Shown here piece by piece: positions 53,401 through 62,470 of a stretch of 64,000 nucleotides of DNA. The stretch's first letter is position 1, and the number at the start of each line of letters is the position of its first letter. Under the pieces are notes generated by a model. It was not told the origin of the DNA and ran no database searches. It saw only the letters and a list, made by a program, of their open reading frames with translations. The stretch comes from Candidatus Woesearchaeota archaeon (GTDB lineage Archaea; Nanobdellota; Nanobdellia; Woesearchaeales; UBA11576). The position numbers and the translations under genes were made by a program. The stretch covers positions 133,463 through 197,462 of the forward strand of contig JBDRET010000030.1 of the NCBI GenBank assembly GCA_043819495.1, given 5' to 3'.

Positions 53401-53679
53401 ATCGTTGATGCAGGCCTCCAGATGCCTAGGAAGGATGATGCTCATCTTGAAGCTGCTGTAGGTTATGTTGCTCAGACAAGTGTCGGACCTCTCGGTGCAA
53501 GCGTAAAGACTGACTTGAGCTTTGTCAGGCCTGAGGACTCAGCATTTGGAGTGACTGGTTACCTGCCTCTGCCTGGAGATTTCAGCGCAAGGGTGGAAGG
53601 CGAGACACATGTCGAGAAACCATCCCAGAGAAGGAGATGGAGCGCAGGCGCTTCGCTTGTATACCACTTTGACAAATAA
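50500..53679 (+). CDS. 1059-aa secreted protein: 4 Cys-pair helical repeats plus beta-rich OMP-like C-terminal half
   Basis: Signal MLKKAGIGAAVAAAALVATLASGNAEA (an alternative start at 50599 is possible). Repeats at 51310-52140. C-terminal half shows alternating-hydrophobic strand-turn-strand patterns and ends ...RRWSAGASLVYHFDK. Confidence 0.8.
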   Translation: MTNGSNLAERVLDNSKSASNSADNNSEAYKSRSMLKKAGIGAAVAAAALVATLASGNAEASCERTKPEDVRQLAISVESKQAYKKAHPDDPKTGFSHSEDVHLHDLLSQFPCLDEESAYLLARNEPVLLQAYKNHTLDESLEQWVFGRNQSWFAPNQTFATVEQQAKHDALEAMRGKIDEGQLSQSLRKNGYFTISKEVLMSGIEAAYGAAPARSDSRSVQPQVDDSASVDNSDVEDSAAIPAPELDDSRDVTGVSDSRDLDVADVVVDTCSPATLNGKFAEIKSASKQRMDAGADESVVAGAANASYDSLTGQCPEQEGIIGASRAAHETNVAAYACGDVRFGKKLEDMTGRVKEMRDAGAEPSELRQYLDTRVAELQDECGDQPLLAGTLTEQKTALSTLIMDYECKGPRLQADLKGIKDAADASMVAEAAVDDIRSAADGAYAALEERCEVSAPKITKANTDLRKKIDEYMCGDVMVGKDIEGIRVGMQSSMDSHDDAEAIKTSTTEAYEALKVKCAQNVDEVGAALEALTPAIEAYIKAELNRAEMNLVDVGANAALPGIQKGKVGGHLRLRLANGAAAEDPFHLEAYLDGANDFRSVREIGPGSDLSRVGRVDQPYGGAIFELGTKSTTWRLSYGGQWKSKSTDYPASTTSEFVTRDVDGGTQTENSSTTTSESSRNNDDLLTGMLALESQLRLGDNNDWIIDLGVGFGRDAYNETVTSHTDNHTDVVDSSYTAGPPSVDVTTTTSADTSVDTKTVANAVTNMIAAHLGLVKKGENWTVGGDAVGAYRWSEISGRTTVDTQTTIGDTVSDINIEGMDPIQETTPGSASPSSDSDSFDRNPHGLTTGLRLRLNYDAEGVAIRLEPGWVGKWHNSQYELEQMHVGGNLTGLVQTQGVTLGANAAVYDDMADLHAYFSTDDDFKKVVSYVDAVNQMRIVSPMDSQLRERYIDNLFDNLVETTDGFIVDAGLQMPRKDDAHLEAAVGYVAQTSVGPLGASVKTDLSFVRPEDSAFGVTGYLPLPGDFSARVEGETHVEKPSQRRRWSAGASLVYHFDK
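51310..52140 (+). repeat. Four ~66-70-aa helical repeats, each C-x(43-44)-C
   Basis: Units start CSPATLNGK..., CGDVRFGKK..., CKGPRLQAD... and CGDVMVGKD.... Each has a second Cys in ...Y(D/A/E)(S/A)L...(Q/E/R/K)C... and ends in an aromatic (AAYA, MDYE, DEYM, EAYI). Confidence 0.7.
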
Positions 53680-53776
53680 TTTTTTTCATTGTTATAATTA
53701 TGATATACTATCAAACACAATATGTGGACAATATATGAAAAATATATGATATTCAAAATTCAGGGGTTATGAAAAC

Positions 53777-56700
53777 ATGAGCGGAAAAACTATAAACACA
53801 ATCTTCATGTTGGCTGTGCTTATGATAGCACTGTTGCCGGTCGATGCATTTGCACTTCCGGACAATAAGCCTACATGCAGTCTTGCGGCTAACACGCAGG
53901 ATACAACAAACGTCGCTGTATTGACTGTTGTCGCAGTAGACACGCTGGCCAATGCAGGGATGAAGAACATAAAGATCTTCGAGGATGGTAACCTCATAAG
54001 CACAAAGGACTGTGCGAGCACGACTACTTGTGTCTCCACAAAGACTGTTGTGCATACTACAGAGGGAAACCATAACTATATTGCTGAATGCCGTGACATA
54101 TCACAGCAGCTCAAGAGCTCTGATACAAAAGTAGTCCACTTCGATGGACTCAATCAGCCTCCTGTGATAGATACTTTCAGCCCTACAACCCCGCATGCTA
54201 TGGATGAAGACGCATCTGTTACCCTTGCCGTGACCGCTCACGATAATGATGGTGACTCCTTGACTTATGAATGGCAGGTTGATGGCTCTACAGTATCGGG
54301 AGCTACAGCTTCATCTTTTGATTTTTCCGCTAATGCTGATGGTACTACTCAGCGCTTCACAGTATCTGTCTTTGTTAGGGACGTTACTGGTGGTGTTGAT
54401 GTCAATGCTTGGTGGGTCGATATTACTGACCTTGAGCCAGCAGTGACACTCAGTGGTGATGTTTCAGGCACAGAGTGCGACATTTTCGCTTTTGATGCTG
54501 ATGTAGATTCATATGATGCTTGGTCTATCGAATGGGATTTCGGTGACGGAACTACAATCACCAACACAGATGCTTCTGCCCAGCACAGCTTTGCTGATGA
54601 TGGGGATTACACTGTGACAGTCACTGTGACTGATGCTGATGATGATGTTTCCACAGCTTCTATTGATGTTACTGTATCTGATGTCAGCCCGACAGTAGAT
54701 GCTGGTGCAGACCAGAGTGTCATAGAAGGGGATCTTGTAGATTTCTCTGCTGATGCTTCTGTCGTGTGTAGTGCTGATGCTATAACCAGCTATGCTTGGG
54801 ATTTTGGCGATGCAAACACAGCAGATACTGCAGATGCTTCAAACACTTATGCTCAGGATGGCGCATACACTGTCACCCTGACTGTCTGTGATGAGGATGA
54901 TTGTGTCTCAGACACTCTCACTGTTGATGTTGCGGATACTGCACCTGTTGCAGGATTCACATACGCTCCTTCAAGCGTAGATGAAGGCGATGCTGTTGAC
55001 TTCACTGATGCATCTACTGCTTATGACACTCCTATCAGTTGGGAGTGGGACTTTGACAATGATGGTACTGTTGATGATACGACTCAGGATCCACAGAACA
55101 TATTTGTCTTCGATGGTTCATACGATGTCTGCTTGACTGTCACAGATAATGATGGCAGCCAGGATACCTTCTGTGATACCATAGATGTCGCTAATGTGCT
55201 TCCTACTGTTGATCTTGTGCTAAATGTGACAAGCGGTACAGAGGCTTTCGATGTGCATGCTGAATGCAATGCTACTGGTGGTAACGCACCACTCACTGTA
55301 GATATTGACTTTGGTGATGGTAATGTTGTCAATGCTGCTTCAGCTGATAACACATATGTCCAGGACGGTTCTTATACTGCTATCTGCACTGTGACTGATG
55401 TTGATGGTGATATTGTCACTTCTTCAGTGCCTGTCGATGTTGCGGATACAGAGCCTACAGCTGATTTCACCTGGAATCCTCTGTTCCCTCAGGATGATAG
55501 CCCAGTCGATTTCACATCAACTATAACAGCATATGATATGCCTTATACAGTGATGTGGGACTTTGGCGATGGCAATACAAGCACCCTGGACAATCCTACT
55601 AATGTATATGAGAATGGTGGTGATTACAATGTCACCCTTACCGTGACTGATGCCGATGGCTCTACATTCATGGTATGGCATGATTTCCATGTCAGTGGCA
55701 CTCCACCTACATCTGATCTCTTTGTCGACATACTGAGTGGGGATGAGCCTCTGACAGTGAGTGTTACTTGCACTGCTGGCGGACCTGATGCTCCATTCAC
55801 ATATGAAGTCGATATGGGTGATGGTACTCCAGTCTATACTATAGGAAGTTTCCTTCACACATATGATCAGAATGGGACTTATGATGCTACCTGCATTGTG
55901 ACTGATGATGACAATGACCAGGATATCGATTATGAGACTATCGATGTCTTTGACACTGTCCCTACAGTCAGTTTCAATTACACTCCATCCGCACCGATCG
56001 AGACTATGGATGTCGACTTCGATGCGACCATCGTATCTTATGATGCTGTTGTTGATATACAGTGGGATTTTGGTGATGGGGATACTGATGTTGTAGAAGA
56101 CCCTACCCATGCTTTTGCTAATGATGGTATCTACACAGTCACCCTTACTGTGACTGATGCAGATGGTTCCATCAGTGTATACAATGAAGATGTCAATGTA
56201 TCAGTCAATGCGGCGATTGTGACTCTTGTTGCGAACACGACTTCAGGAGTTGAGGCTCTTGATGTCCAGTTTGCCTGCGGCGCGGTCTCAGGAAATGCTC
56301 CATACACATTCAGTATTGATTTTGGTGATGGAAGCGCACCAGAAGCGTCCGCTGTTGCTATGCACACTTATGCACAGAACGGGACATACACTGCGACTTG
56401 TGAAGTCACTGATTTTGATGGTGATGTCAGCAATGACGTAGTCGTCATCGATGTGATTGACACAGTCCCTGCAGCATCATTCACATTCAGCCCGGCTCTG
56501 CCTGCTGAAGGTGATACTGTTGACTTTGACAGCACGGTCACTGCTTACGATGCGAATGCTACACTTGAGTGGGACTTTGACGGTGATGGTATAGCAGATT
56601 CTGCTGATGAGGATCCAGCATTCACATATGCTCTTGAGGGAGACTATAATGTCACTCTCACTGCTACAGATGCTGATGGTTCAGTGACTGTCGCATGGGC

Positions 56701-59700
56701 TGTCGTGAGTGTCGCTAATAATGCCCCTCTTGTAAGTCTTGATGCTACACCTACTACAGGTCTTGAAGGCCTGAATGTGAGCTTTGACTGCCAGTATGCT
56801 GGAGGCAACATCCCTGTCAGCTTTGTCGTTGATTTCGGTGATGGAAGCCCTCTGGAGACCACAAAGCTATCTGATCATGTATACGCTGCTCCAGGTAACT
56901 ATGTAGCTACCTGTACAGTGACTGATACCGATGGTGATATGGACTCTGACTTTGTAGTCATAGATGTCATCAACAATCCTCCTGTAGTAGATCTTATTGC
57001 AAGCCCTGCAACAGGTGTTGAGGGAGACTCTGTCGACTTCGACTGCGGGATAACTGCTGGTGACGAACCTTTCACAGTGCTGCTTGATTTCGGTGATGGT
57101 ACTACAACAAATACCACTACTGCAAGCTACACATATGATCTTGAAGGGATATACGATGCTACCTGCACAGTGACTGATGATGATGGCGATGTTGTTGTCG
57201 ACAGTGAGTTGATAGACATAGCCAATAACGCACCTGTGGTGAATGTAGCTACTAATGTCACATCAGGTCTTGAGCCTCTGAGCGTGAACTATACCTGCAA
57301 TGTCGGGAATGGCAATGCTCCTTTCACCTTTGTTGTTGACTTCGGTGATGGAAGCCCTGCAAGTTCAAGCGTACAAGGCACTCATGACTTTGCGATACCA
57401 GGCATCTATTCGATAATGTGCGATGTCACTGATGTCGATGGCGATACTGATTTTGATATCGTTGATGTAGAAGTGATCGACAACCCTCCGGTTGTGACCC
57501 TGACAGCGATACCTACTGTTGATTCAGAAGGTGTCAGTGTTGATTTCACCTGCGGAGTCGTCGGTGGAAACGATCCTCTCAGCTATGTGCTTGACTTCGG
57601 TGATGGAAGCCCTGTCAGCACAAGCGCTAACGATATACATGTATATGCTCTTGAGGGAAGCTACAACGCTACCTGTACAGTGACTGATGCTGACCTTGAT
57701 GTCGGCATGGACAATGAGATCATAACAGTGAACAACAATGTTCCTGTAGTCAATCTCCATACCAATGTCACTTCAGGTGTCGAGGCTCTTGATGTCGCCT
57801 TCAACTGCACTTCAGCAGGTGGAAACGCGCCTTTCACATACAGCCTTGATTTCGGTGATGGTAGCGCTCCTATAGCAGCATCTACTGCATCTCACTCTTA
57901 TGCGCAGAACAGCACATATGATGCGACATGCACTATAACAGATGTTGATGGTGATCTTGATGTTGATGTAGCATCTCTGATAGTATTTGATTCAGAGCCT
58001 GATACCAACTTCACATACGCACCAGCAATCCCTGTTGAAGGTGATCTTGTACAGTTCACTGATGCTACAACTGCTTTTGATGGTGTTGTCGCCTGGTCCT
58101 GGGACTTTGGTGATGGTAATACCTCAACACTGCAGGACCCTACAAAGACTTATGATATAGAAGGAAGCTATCTTGTTGTGCTTACTACAACTGATGGTGA
58201 TGGATCACAGACATCTCATATAGAGAATGTTGTTGTTGGAAACAACGTCCCTGTCGTTGATGTGATTGTGACTCCTGTCTCTGGCACAGAGCCTCTGACA
58301 GTCACTGTCGATTGTGCTGTCACATCTGGTGGCAATGCGCCTTTCAGCTATCTGGTCATGTATGGTGATGGTAAATCTAATACGAGCACAAGCTCTGTGT
58401 ACACATATACGCAGGACGGAAACTATCCTGTCACCTGTCAGGTCACTGATGTTGATGGGGATGTGAGTTCTGATCTTGCTGCTGTGACTGTGAATGATAC
58501 TGTGCCTACTGCAGACTTCAGCTGGACTCCAGCTAACCCGTCTGCTGGTGAGCAGGTGAATTTCACTGACCTGTCAACAGGTTATGATGCTATAGTTGAT
58601 TGGGCTTGGGATTTCCAGAATGATGGTGTTGTCGATGCGACCTCATCTGCACCTGCAGTCACTTTTGTCTCACCTGGACTTTACAGCGTGAACCTGACTG
58701 TGACTGATGCTGATGGAAGCACTGCTTCAACCCTTAGGGCTGTCGCAGTGAACGTGAGCATCCCTGCACCTGTGATCTTCAGCGTGACTGAAGCTGGCGT
58801 TACAAACGTCTCAGCTAACATCACATGGGGGACTGATCAGGCTACAGACTCACTTGTTGAGTTTGGAATTACCACAGCTCTTGGGACAAGCGTCTCTGAT
58901 GCTGCTATTGTGTTCAATCACAACCTGCAGCTGACAGGCCTTGCACCAAGCACACTATATTATTACAACGTTACATCATGCAACACATTCGGTACCTGCT
59001 CTACCTCTGGCCTGTTCAATTTCACGACTCTGGCTTCAGGAAGTCCGGGAGATGTGGTTGCACCGGTCGTCACGCTTTCAGCACCTGCTGATGCTTCGAC
59101 AGACACAGATGGTGATGTGACTGTACAGTACAGCGTGACTGATGATCTTGCAGATCCTCTCAGCTGTGATGTGTACTCTAACACTACAGGCACCTGGCAG
59201 GCAGACCTTGTCGGTCAGTCGACTGTCAATGCGACATCTAACACGCATGCTTATGTCGGTCTTGCTGATGGTACTTACAGGTGGAATGTAGAGTGCAGTG
59301 ATGGTACAAACTCTGCTTTCGCTGTCGCTGACTTCACTTTTGTTGTCAATACAGCAATTGTCGATGTCATTGCACCGGTCGTCACCCTTTCAGCACCTGC
59401 TGATGCTTCAGTGGATAACGATGGTAATGTGACTGTACAGTACAGCGTTAATGATGATTTGGCTGCTAGCCTCTCCTGCGATGTCTATTCAGACACAAGC
59501 GGAGCTTGGATTGTAGATGCTGCAGGTCAGATTGTCGCGAATGCCTCATCCAGCAGTTTCAATTATGTTGGTCTTGCTGATGGGTCGTACACCTGGAATG
59601 TTGATTGCAGTGATGGCACTAACAGTGCATTCGCAGCTGCAAATTTCACGTTCGATGTCAATACCACCAGCGCACCTAGCAATGTGCCTAGCGTGACAGC

Positions 59701-60592
59701 TTCTGCAACACCTACCGGTGGAGCAGTGCCTCTGACAGTGACTTTCAACGCGACTGCTACTGGCGGAGACGCACCTCTGTCATATGCATGGGACTTTGAC
59801 AATGACGGTACTGTTGACTCTACAGTTGAGGATCCTGTTGCGATATATAATCTCGCAGGGACTTTCACAGCTGTTGTCAATGTGACTGATGCTGATGGGG
59901 ATTGGGCGACTGATAATGTCACTATAACCGCATCATCAACTACAAGAGACATCTCAGTCAATACTATAACGCACTCGAATGTCGGCACTACATCATATCT
60001 GTGGGATTCTATAGATGTGACATCAAATGTGCAGAACCAGGGCGGAGCAGACGAGACTGTGACAATGAATCTTGAAGTGAATGGTATCGTTGTCGATTCT
60101 TCTGCAGTGCTTGTCACTACAGGAGCTACTGTGCCTGTCACCCTTAACTACAATGCGACTCTTGCAGGGACAGATGTTGTTGTTGTCCGTGCAGTGCCTC
60201 TTGCAGGTGAGAGTGACCTATCTGATCAGACACGGGCGACTACAATCAGGGTTTGGTCTGTTGATGACATCGTCAGTTCAAGCACAAGAGAGATCTTCCT
60301 GACCAGCACTATCGTGCTTGCAGGCGGTACTTTCTCAGCTTATCTGCCAGTGCAGAATGATTATGGTGTGCAGAACTTCGATGACCTTCAGGTGAGCATC
60401 TGGTCCAGTAACCTGGGTGCTTTCAGCATCACATCACCTGTCCAGCTTGTTGATCTTGCTGGTGGGGAGTTTGAGCTTGTCCAGTGGGGCTTTACAGCGA
60501 ACACTGCAGGCACATATGTGATAAGTGCAAGCCTGGGCAACAATGAGATCGATGCTTCATCGATAACATCCAAGATAATAACAGTTATCTAG
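53777..60592 (+). CDS. 2271-aa secreted PKD-array protein (about 20 PKD modules, FN3-like, two Ig-like duplicates, CARDB-like C-terminus)
   Basis: Signal peptide TIFMLAVLMIALLPVDAFA. Repeated W(D/E)FGDG...Y.V.LTVTD.DGS and DFGDGS...Y.A.C.VTD.DGD modules. FN3-like ...ITWGTDQATDSLVEFG...STLYYYNVTSC...FNFTT. CARDB-like ...NVQNQGGADETV.... No C-terminal TM. Confidence 0.92.
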   Translation: MSGKTINTIFMLAVLMIALLPVDAFALPDNKPTCSLAANTQDTTNVAVLTVVAVDTLANAGMKNIKIFEDGNLISTKDCASTTTCVSTKTVVHTTEGNHNYIAECRDISQQLKSSDTKVVHFDGLNQPPVIDTFSPTTPHAMDEDASVTLAVTAHDNDGDSLTYEWQVDGSTVSGATASSFDFSANADGTTQRFTVSVFVRDVTGGVDVNAWWVDITDLEPAVTLSGDVSGTECDIFAFDADVDSYDAWSIEWDFGDGTTITNTDASAQHSFADDGDYTVTVTVTDADDDVSTASIDVTVSDVSPTVDAGADQSVIEGDLVDFSADASVVCSADAITSYAWDFGDANTADTADASNTYAQDGAYTVTLTVCDEDDCVSDTLTVDVADTAPVAGFTYAPSSVDEGDAVDFTDASTAYDTPISWEWDFDNDGTVDDTTQDPQNIFVFDGSYDVCLTVTDNDGSQDTFCDTIDVANVLPTVDLVLNVTSGTEAFDVHAECNATGGNAPLTVDIDFGDGNVVNAASADNTYVQDGSYTAICTVTDVDGDIVTSSVPVDVADTEPTADFTWNPLFPQDDSPVDFTSTITAYDMPYTVMWDFGDGNTSTLDNPTNVYENGGDYNVTLTVTDADGSTFMVWHDFHVSGTPPTSDLFVDILSGDEPLTVSVTCTAGGPDAPFTYEVDMGDGTPVYTIGSFLHTYDQNGTYDATCIVTDDDNDQDIDYETIDVFDTVPTVSFNYTPSAPIETMDVDFDATIVSYDAVVDIQWDFGDGDTDVVEDPTHAFANDGIYTVTLTVTDADGSISVYNEDVNVSVNAAIVTLVANTTSGVEALDVQFACGAVSGNAPYTFSIDFGDGSAPEASAVAMHTYAQNGTYTATCEVTDFDGDVSNDVVVIDVIDTVPAASFTFSPALPAEGDTVDFDSTVTAYDANATLEWDFDGDGIADSADEDPAFTYALEGDYNVTLTATDADGSVTVAWAVVSVANNAPLVSLDATPTTGLEGLNVSFDCQYAGGNIPVSFVVDFGDGSPLETTKLSDHVYAAPGNYVATCTVTDTDGDMDSDFVVIDVINNPPVVDLIASPATGVEGDSVDFDCGITAGDEPFTVLLDFGDGTTTNTTTASYTYDLEGIYDATCTVTDDDGDVVVDSELIDIANNAPVVNVATNVTSGLEPLSVNYTCNVGNGNAPFTFVVDFGDGSPASSSVQGTHDFAIPGIYSIMCDVTDVDGDTDFDIVDVEVIDNPPVVTLTAIPTVDSEGVSVDFTCGVVGGNDPLSYVLDFGDGSPVSTSANDIHVYALEGSYNATCTVTDADLDVGMDNEIITVNNNVPVVNLHTNVTSGVEALDVAFNCTSAGGNAPFTYSLDFGDGSAPIAASTASHSYAQNSTYDATCTITDVDGDLDVDVASLIVFDSEPDTNFTYAPAIPVEGDLVQFTDATTAFDGVVAWSWDFGDGNTSTLQDPTKTYDIEGSYLVVLTTTDGDGSQTSHIENVVVGNNVPVVDVIVTPVSGTEPLTVTVDCAVTSGGNAPFSYLVMYGDGKSNTSTSSVYTYTQDGNYPVTCQVTDVDGDVSSDLAAVTVNDTVPTADFSWTPANPSAGEQVNFTDLSTGYDAIVDWAWDFQNDGVVDATSSAPAVTFVSPGLYSVNLTVTDADGSTASTLRAVAVNVSIPAPVIFSVTEAGVTNVSANITWGTDQATDSLVEFGITTALGTSVSDAAIVFNHNLQLTGLAPSTLYYYNVTSCNTFGTCSTSGLFNFTTLASGSPGDVVAPVVTLSAPADASTDTDGDVTVQYSVTDDLADPLSCDVYSNTTGTWQADLVGQSTVNATSNTHAYVGLADGTYRWNVECSDGTNSAFAVADFTFVVNTAIVDVIAPVVTLSAPADASVDNDGNVTVQYSVNDDLAASLSCDVYSDTSGAWIVDAAGQIVANASSSSFNYVGLADGSYTWNVDCSDGTNSAFAAANFTFDVNTTSAPSNVPSVTASATPTGGAVPLTVTFNATATGGDAPLSYAWDFDNDGTVDSTVEDPVAIYNLAGTFTAVVNVTDADGDWATDNVTITASSTTRDISVNTITHSNVGTTSYLWDSIDVTSNVQNQGGADETVTMNLEVNGIVVDSSAVLVTTGATVPVTLNYNATLAGTDVVVVRAVPLAGESDLSDQTRATTIRVWSVDDIVSSSTREIFLTSTIVLAGGTFSAYLPVQNDYGVQNFDDLQVSIWSSNLGAFSITSPVQLVDLAGGEFELVQWGFTANTAGTYVISASLGNNEIDASSITSKIITVI
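54400..58760 (+). repeat. Array of alternating PKD subtypes (intragenic repeat region)
   Basis: The two module subtypes alternate regularly. One is xDTxPxAxFxxxP....WxWDFGDGxTS. The other is NxxPxVxLxxNxTSGxEPLxVxFxCxxxGGNAPFT..DFGDGS. Confidence 0.8.
59051..59674 (+). repeat. Tandem 312-nt duplication (two 104-aa Ig-like modules)
   Basis: The copies begin gatgtggttgcaccggtcgtcacgctttcagcacctgctgatgcttcg and gatgtcattgcaccggtcgtcaccctttcagcacctgctgatgcttca. Proteins: VAPVVTLSAPADAS.D.DG.VTVQYSV.DDLA..LSCDVYS.... Confidence 0.8.
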
Positions 60593-60709
60593 GATCGCCT
60601 AATATTTTTTTGTTTATTTCAATTTATTTTCATTATCGTGACGAGGAAGAGAGACTTTAGACGCGCTTAAAAGACAGATTCGGTAAGAAAAAACAAAGAA
60701 GGACCAAAA

Positions 60710-62347
60710 ATGAAATCAAAAATCATGAGTTTGTTCGTCTGTATTGTGTTCATGCTAGCCATGAGTACATTCGCAGCAGCGCAGGTGTGTCAAGGGACTC
60801 TCAGTGCGCCTACAGAGGAAGTCTATGTGTCTACTGATTTTAACATAACTTTCTTCAATGCAGAACCGCTTTCAGGCGGTGATACGGTGAACCTGTCGCT
60901 TCCGGCAGGACTTACCCTGACAGGAGGGTCTAACCCTGCTGTCTCAGCTCCGTGGACTATCTATAGATGGACTGTCCAAGGTTCTGTCCCGGGTCCGTAT
61001 GACTTCAATGTGAGCATATCAGGTCCTGGTGTCAACTGTACCCGTTATTCGAACGCAACAATAATCAGTCCGGCAATCGCACCTATAATCGTGCCTACCC
61101 TGACTGATCTTGGTACACTTACGCTGGGTCAGGCAGTCAGCCTCGATGTCAATCTTACCAATGTCGGTGGCGTAGCTAACAGTGTCAGCGGATATGTCAT
61201 CACGAACAGCGGAAGTGCAGCCGTTCCGAACGGATTTTCACATGCTTCTATAGCTAACAGCACTACAGCAACGAGTGCACATTCACTTACCCCTGCTTAC
61301 TGCGGGGTGGATTCTGTGACTGCTTATGTCCAGAACATCCATGATGGCAATGGTTATGATGTCACACCTGTACAGGTCAGTGACTTCTTCACTGTTGTCG
61401 GTAGTGATGCTGCATTCAGCACTGTCGGTGCTGCAGGTCCTGTCGCACAGTATGCGGCACTGGATTTCAGTTTTACGGTCGGTAACATAGGGACACTTGA
61501 CGCTTCAGGCGTACAGGTGGATATCCTTATTGACAATGTCACTGTGACTACAGTAAATGTCGGCGCTCTTGTGGCAGGAGCTACATCTTCACAGGTGTAT
61601 AATCATAATGTCGGCGGCATAACTGTAGGCACGCATATAGTGACTTTCAGGGTCAGAGCAGACTCTGAGTGCAGTTCAGCGAACAATGAGGTAAGCACTA
61701 CATTTGATGTCACTGCTGGAACACCTCCACCTACCCCTCCAGGGCCAAGTGGACACGGTGGTGGCGGTGGTGGCGGTGGTGGCGGTACTGGTGATACATA
61801 TATCCTGGTGCTGACTGAGGATCATCCTACCCAGACATTGAAGCTGAAGACTGGAGACACGGTAAAGTATACGTATGATGGGGAGTCATACTCTTTCATG
61901 TTTAGGTATGTCTATTCAGACAGAGCTAAGATGGGCGTGTCCAGGTCTACCAGCTACAAGGAGTACACACTTGATGAAGACAAGAATTACAACCTTAACC
62001 TGAATGACGGTGCTGAGTCTGATCTTGGCATACTTCCGTCAGGACTCAATGGTGGTTCAGGAGACTTTACCTTTGAGCTGCTTGGTGTGAGCAAGAAACC
62101 AGTGATAACACTTCTTCCTCCTAAGAAGAAGACAATCTCAGTGGAAGACACTTCCGCAGAGCTTGAGTCAGCACCTGAAGAAGAGGTTGCTGAAGAGGAA
62201 GATGTATTCTCAGAAGGGGTCCTTGAATTTATCGAGACCTTTGACGAGAGGAGTTCAGCACCGATCTGGGGCGGGATAGTATTGTCTCTCCTTATAATCG
62301 GCGCAGGTGTTGCTCTGTATGTATTCGCTGCAAGGAAGCGATATTAG
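60710..62347 (+). CDS. CARDB-repeat surface protein with the C-terminal anchor cassette
   Basis: Signal MSLFVCIVFMLAMSTFAAA. CARDB-like modules (VNLTNVGGVANS..., FTVGNIGTLDASG...SSANNEVSTTFDV). Gly10 at 61757-61786, LLPP at 62111-62122, TM at 62264-62332, then RKRY. Confidence 0.88.
   Translation: MKSKIMSLFVCIVFMLAMSTFAAAQVCQGTLSAPTEEVYVSTDFNITFFNAEPLSGGDTVNLSLPAGLTLTGGSNPAVSAPWTIYRWTVQGSVPGPYDFNVSISGPGVNCTRYSNATIISPAIAPIIVPTLTDLGTLTLGQAVSLDVNLTNVGGVANSVSGYVITNSGSAAVPNGFSHASIANSTTATSAHSLTPAYCGVDSVTAYVQNIHDGNGYDVTPVQVSDFFTVVGSDAAFSTVGAAGPVAQYAALDFSFTVGNIGTLDASGVQVDILIDNVTVTTVNVGALVAGATSSQVYNHNVGGITVGTHIVTFRVRADSECSSANNEVSTTFDVTAGTPPPTPPGPSGHGGGGGGGGGGTGDTYILVLTEDHPTQTLKLKTGDTVKYTYDGESYSFMFRYVYSDRAKMGVSRSTSYKEYTLDEDKNYNLNLNDGAESDLGILPSGLNGGSGDFTFELLGVSKKPVITLLPPKKKTISVEDTSAELESAPEEEVAEEEDVFSEGVLEFIETFDERSSAPIWGGIVLSLLIIGAGVALYVFAARKRY
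61757..62344 (+). other. C-terminal anchor cassette, copy 3
   Basis: GGGGGGGGGG-TGDTYILVL...KTGDTVKYTYDGESYSFMF...NLNLNDGAESDLGIL...FELLGVSKKPVITLLPP, then acidic linker, then IWGGIVLSLLIIGAGVALYVFAA-RKRY. Confidence 0.6.
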
Positions 62348-62470
62348 GTAAAATTTTTTAATTTTCATTATTTTTTTCGTATTTGTTTAGCTGATTTCTG
62401 AGTTTTTTCTTTGATTTGTATTCTGTAGAAGCGAAATCTTTATATTGTATGTAGTTACAATGTAACTACA

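Noticed and set aside
53753-54073. 106-aa and 90-aa minus-strand ORFs at the start of the PKD gene
   Set aside because: They overlap the promoter, signal-peptide and first-domain region of the 2271-aa gene in antisense and have no supporting signals.
13829-59674. CRISPR array among the tandem repeats
   Set aside because: All the tandem repeats I saw (13829-13959, 15491-15672, 48131-48250, the PKD array and 59051-59674) are in-frame coding repeats without unique spacers of constant length. No cas genes are present.
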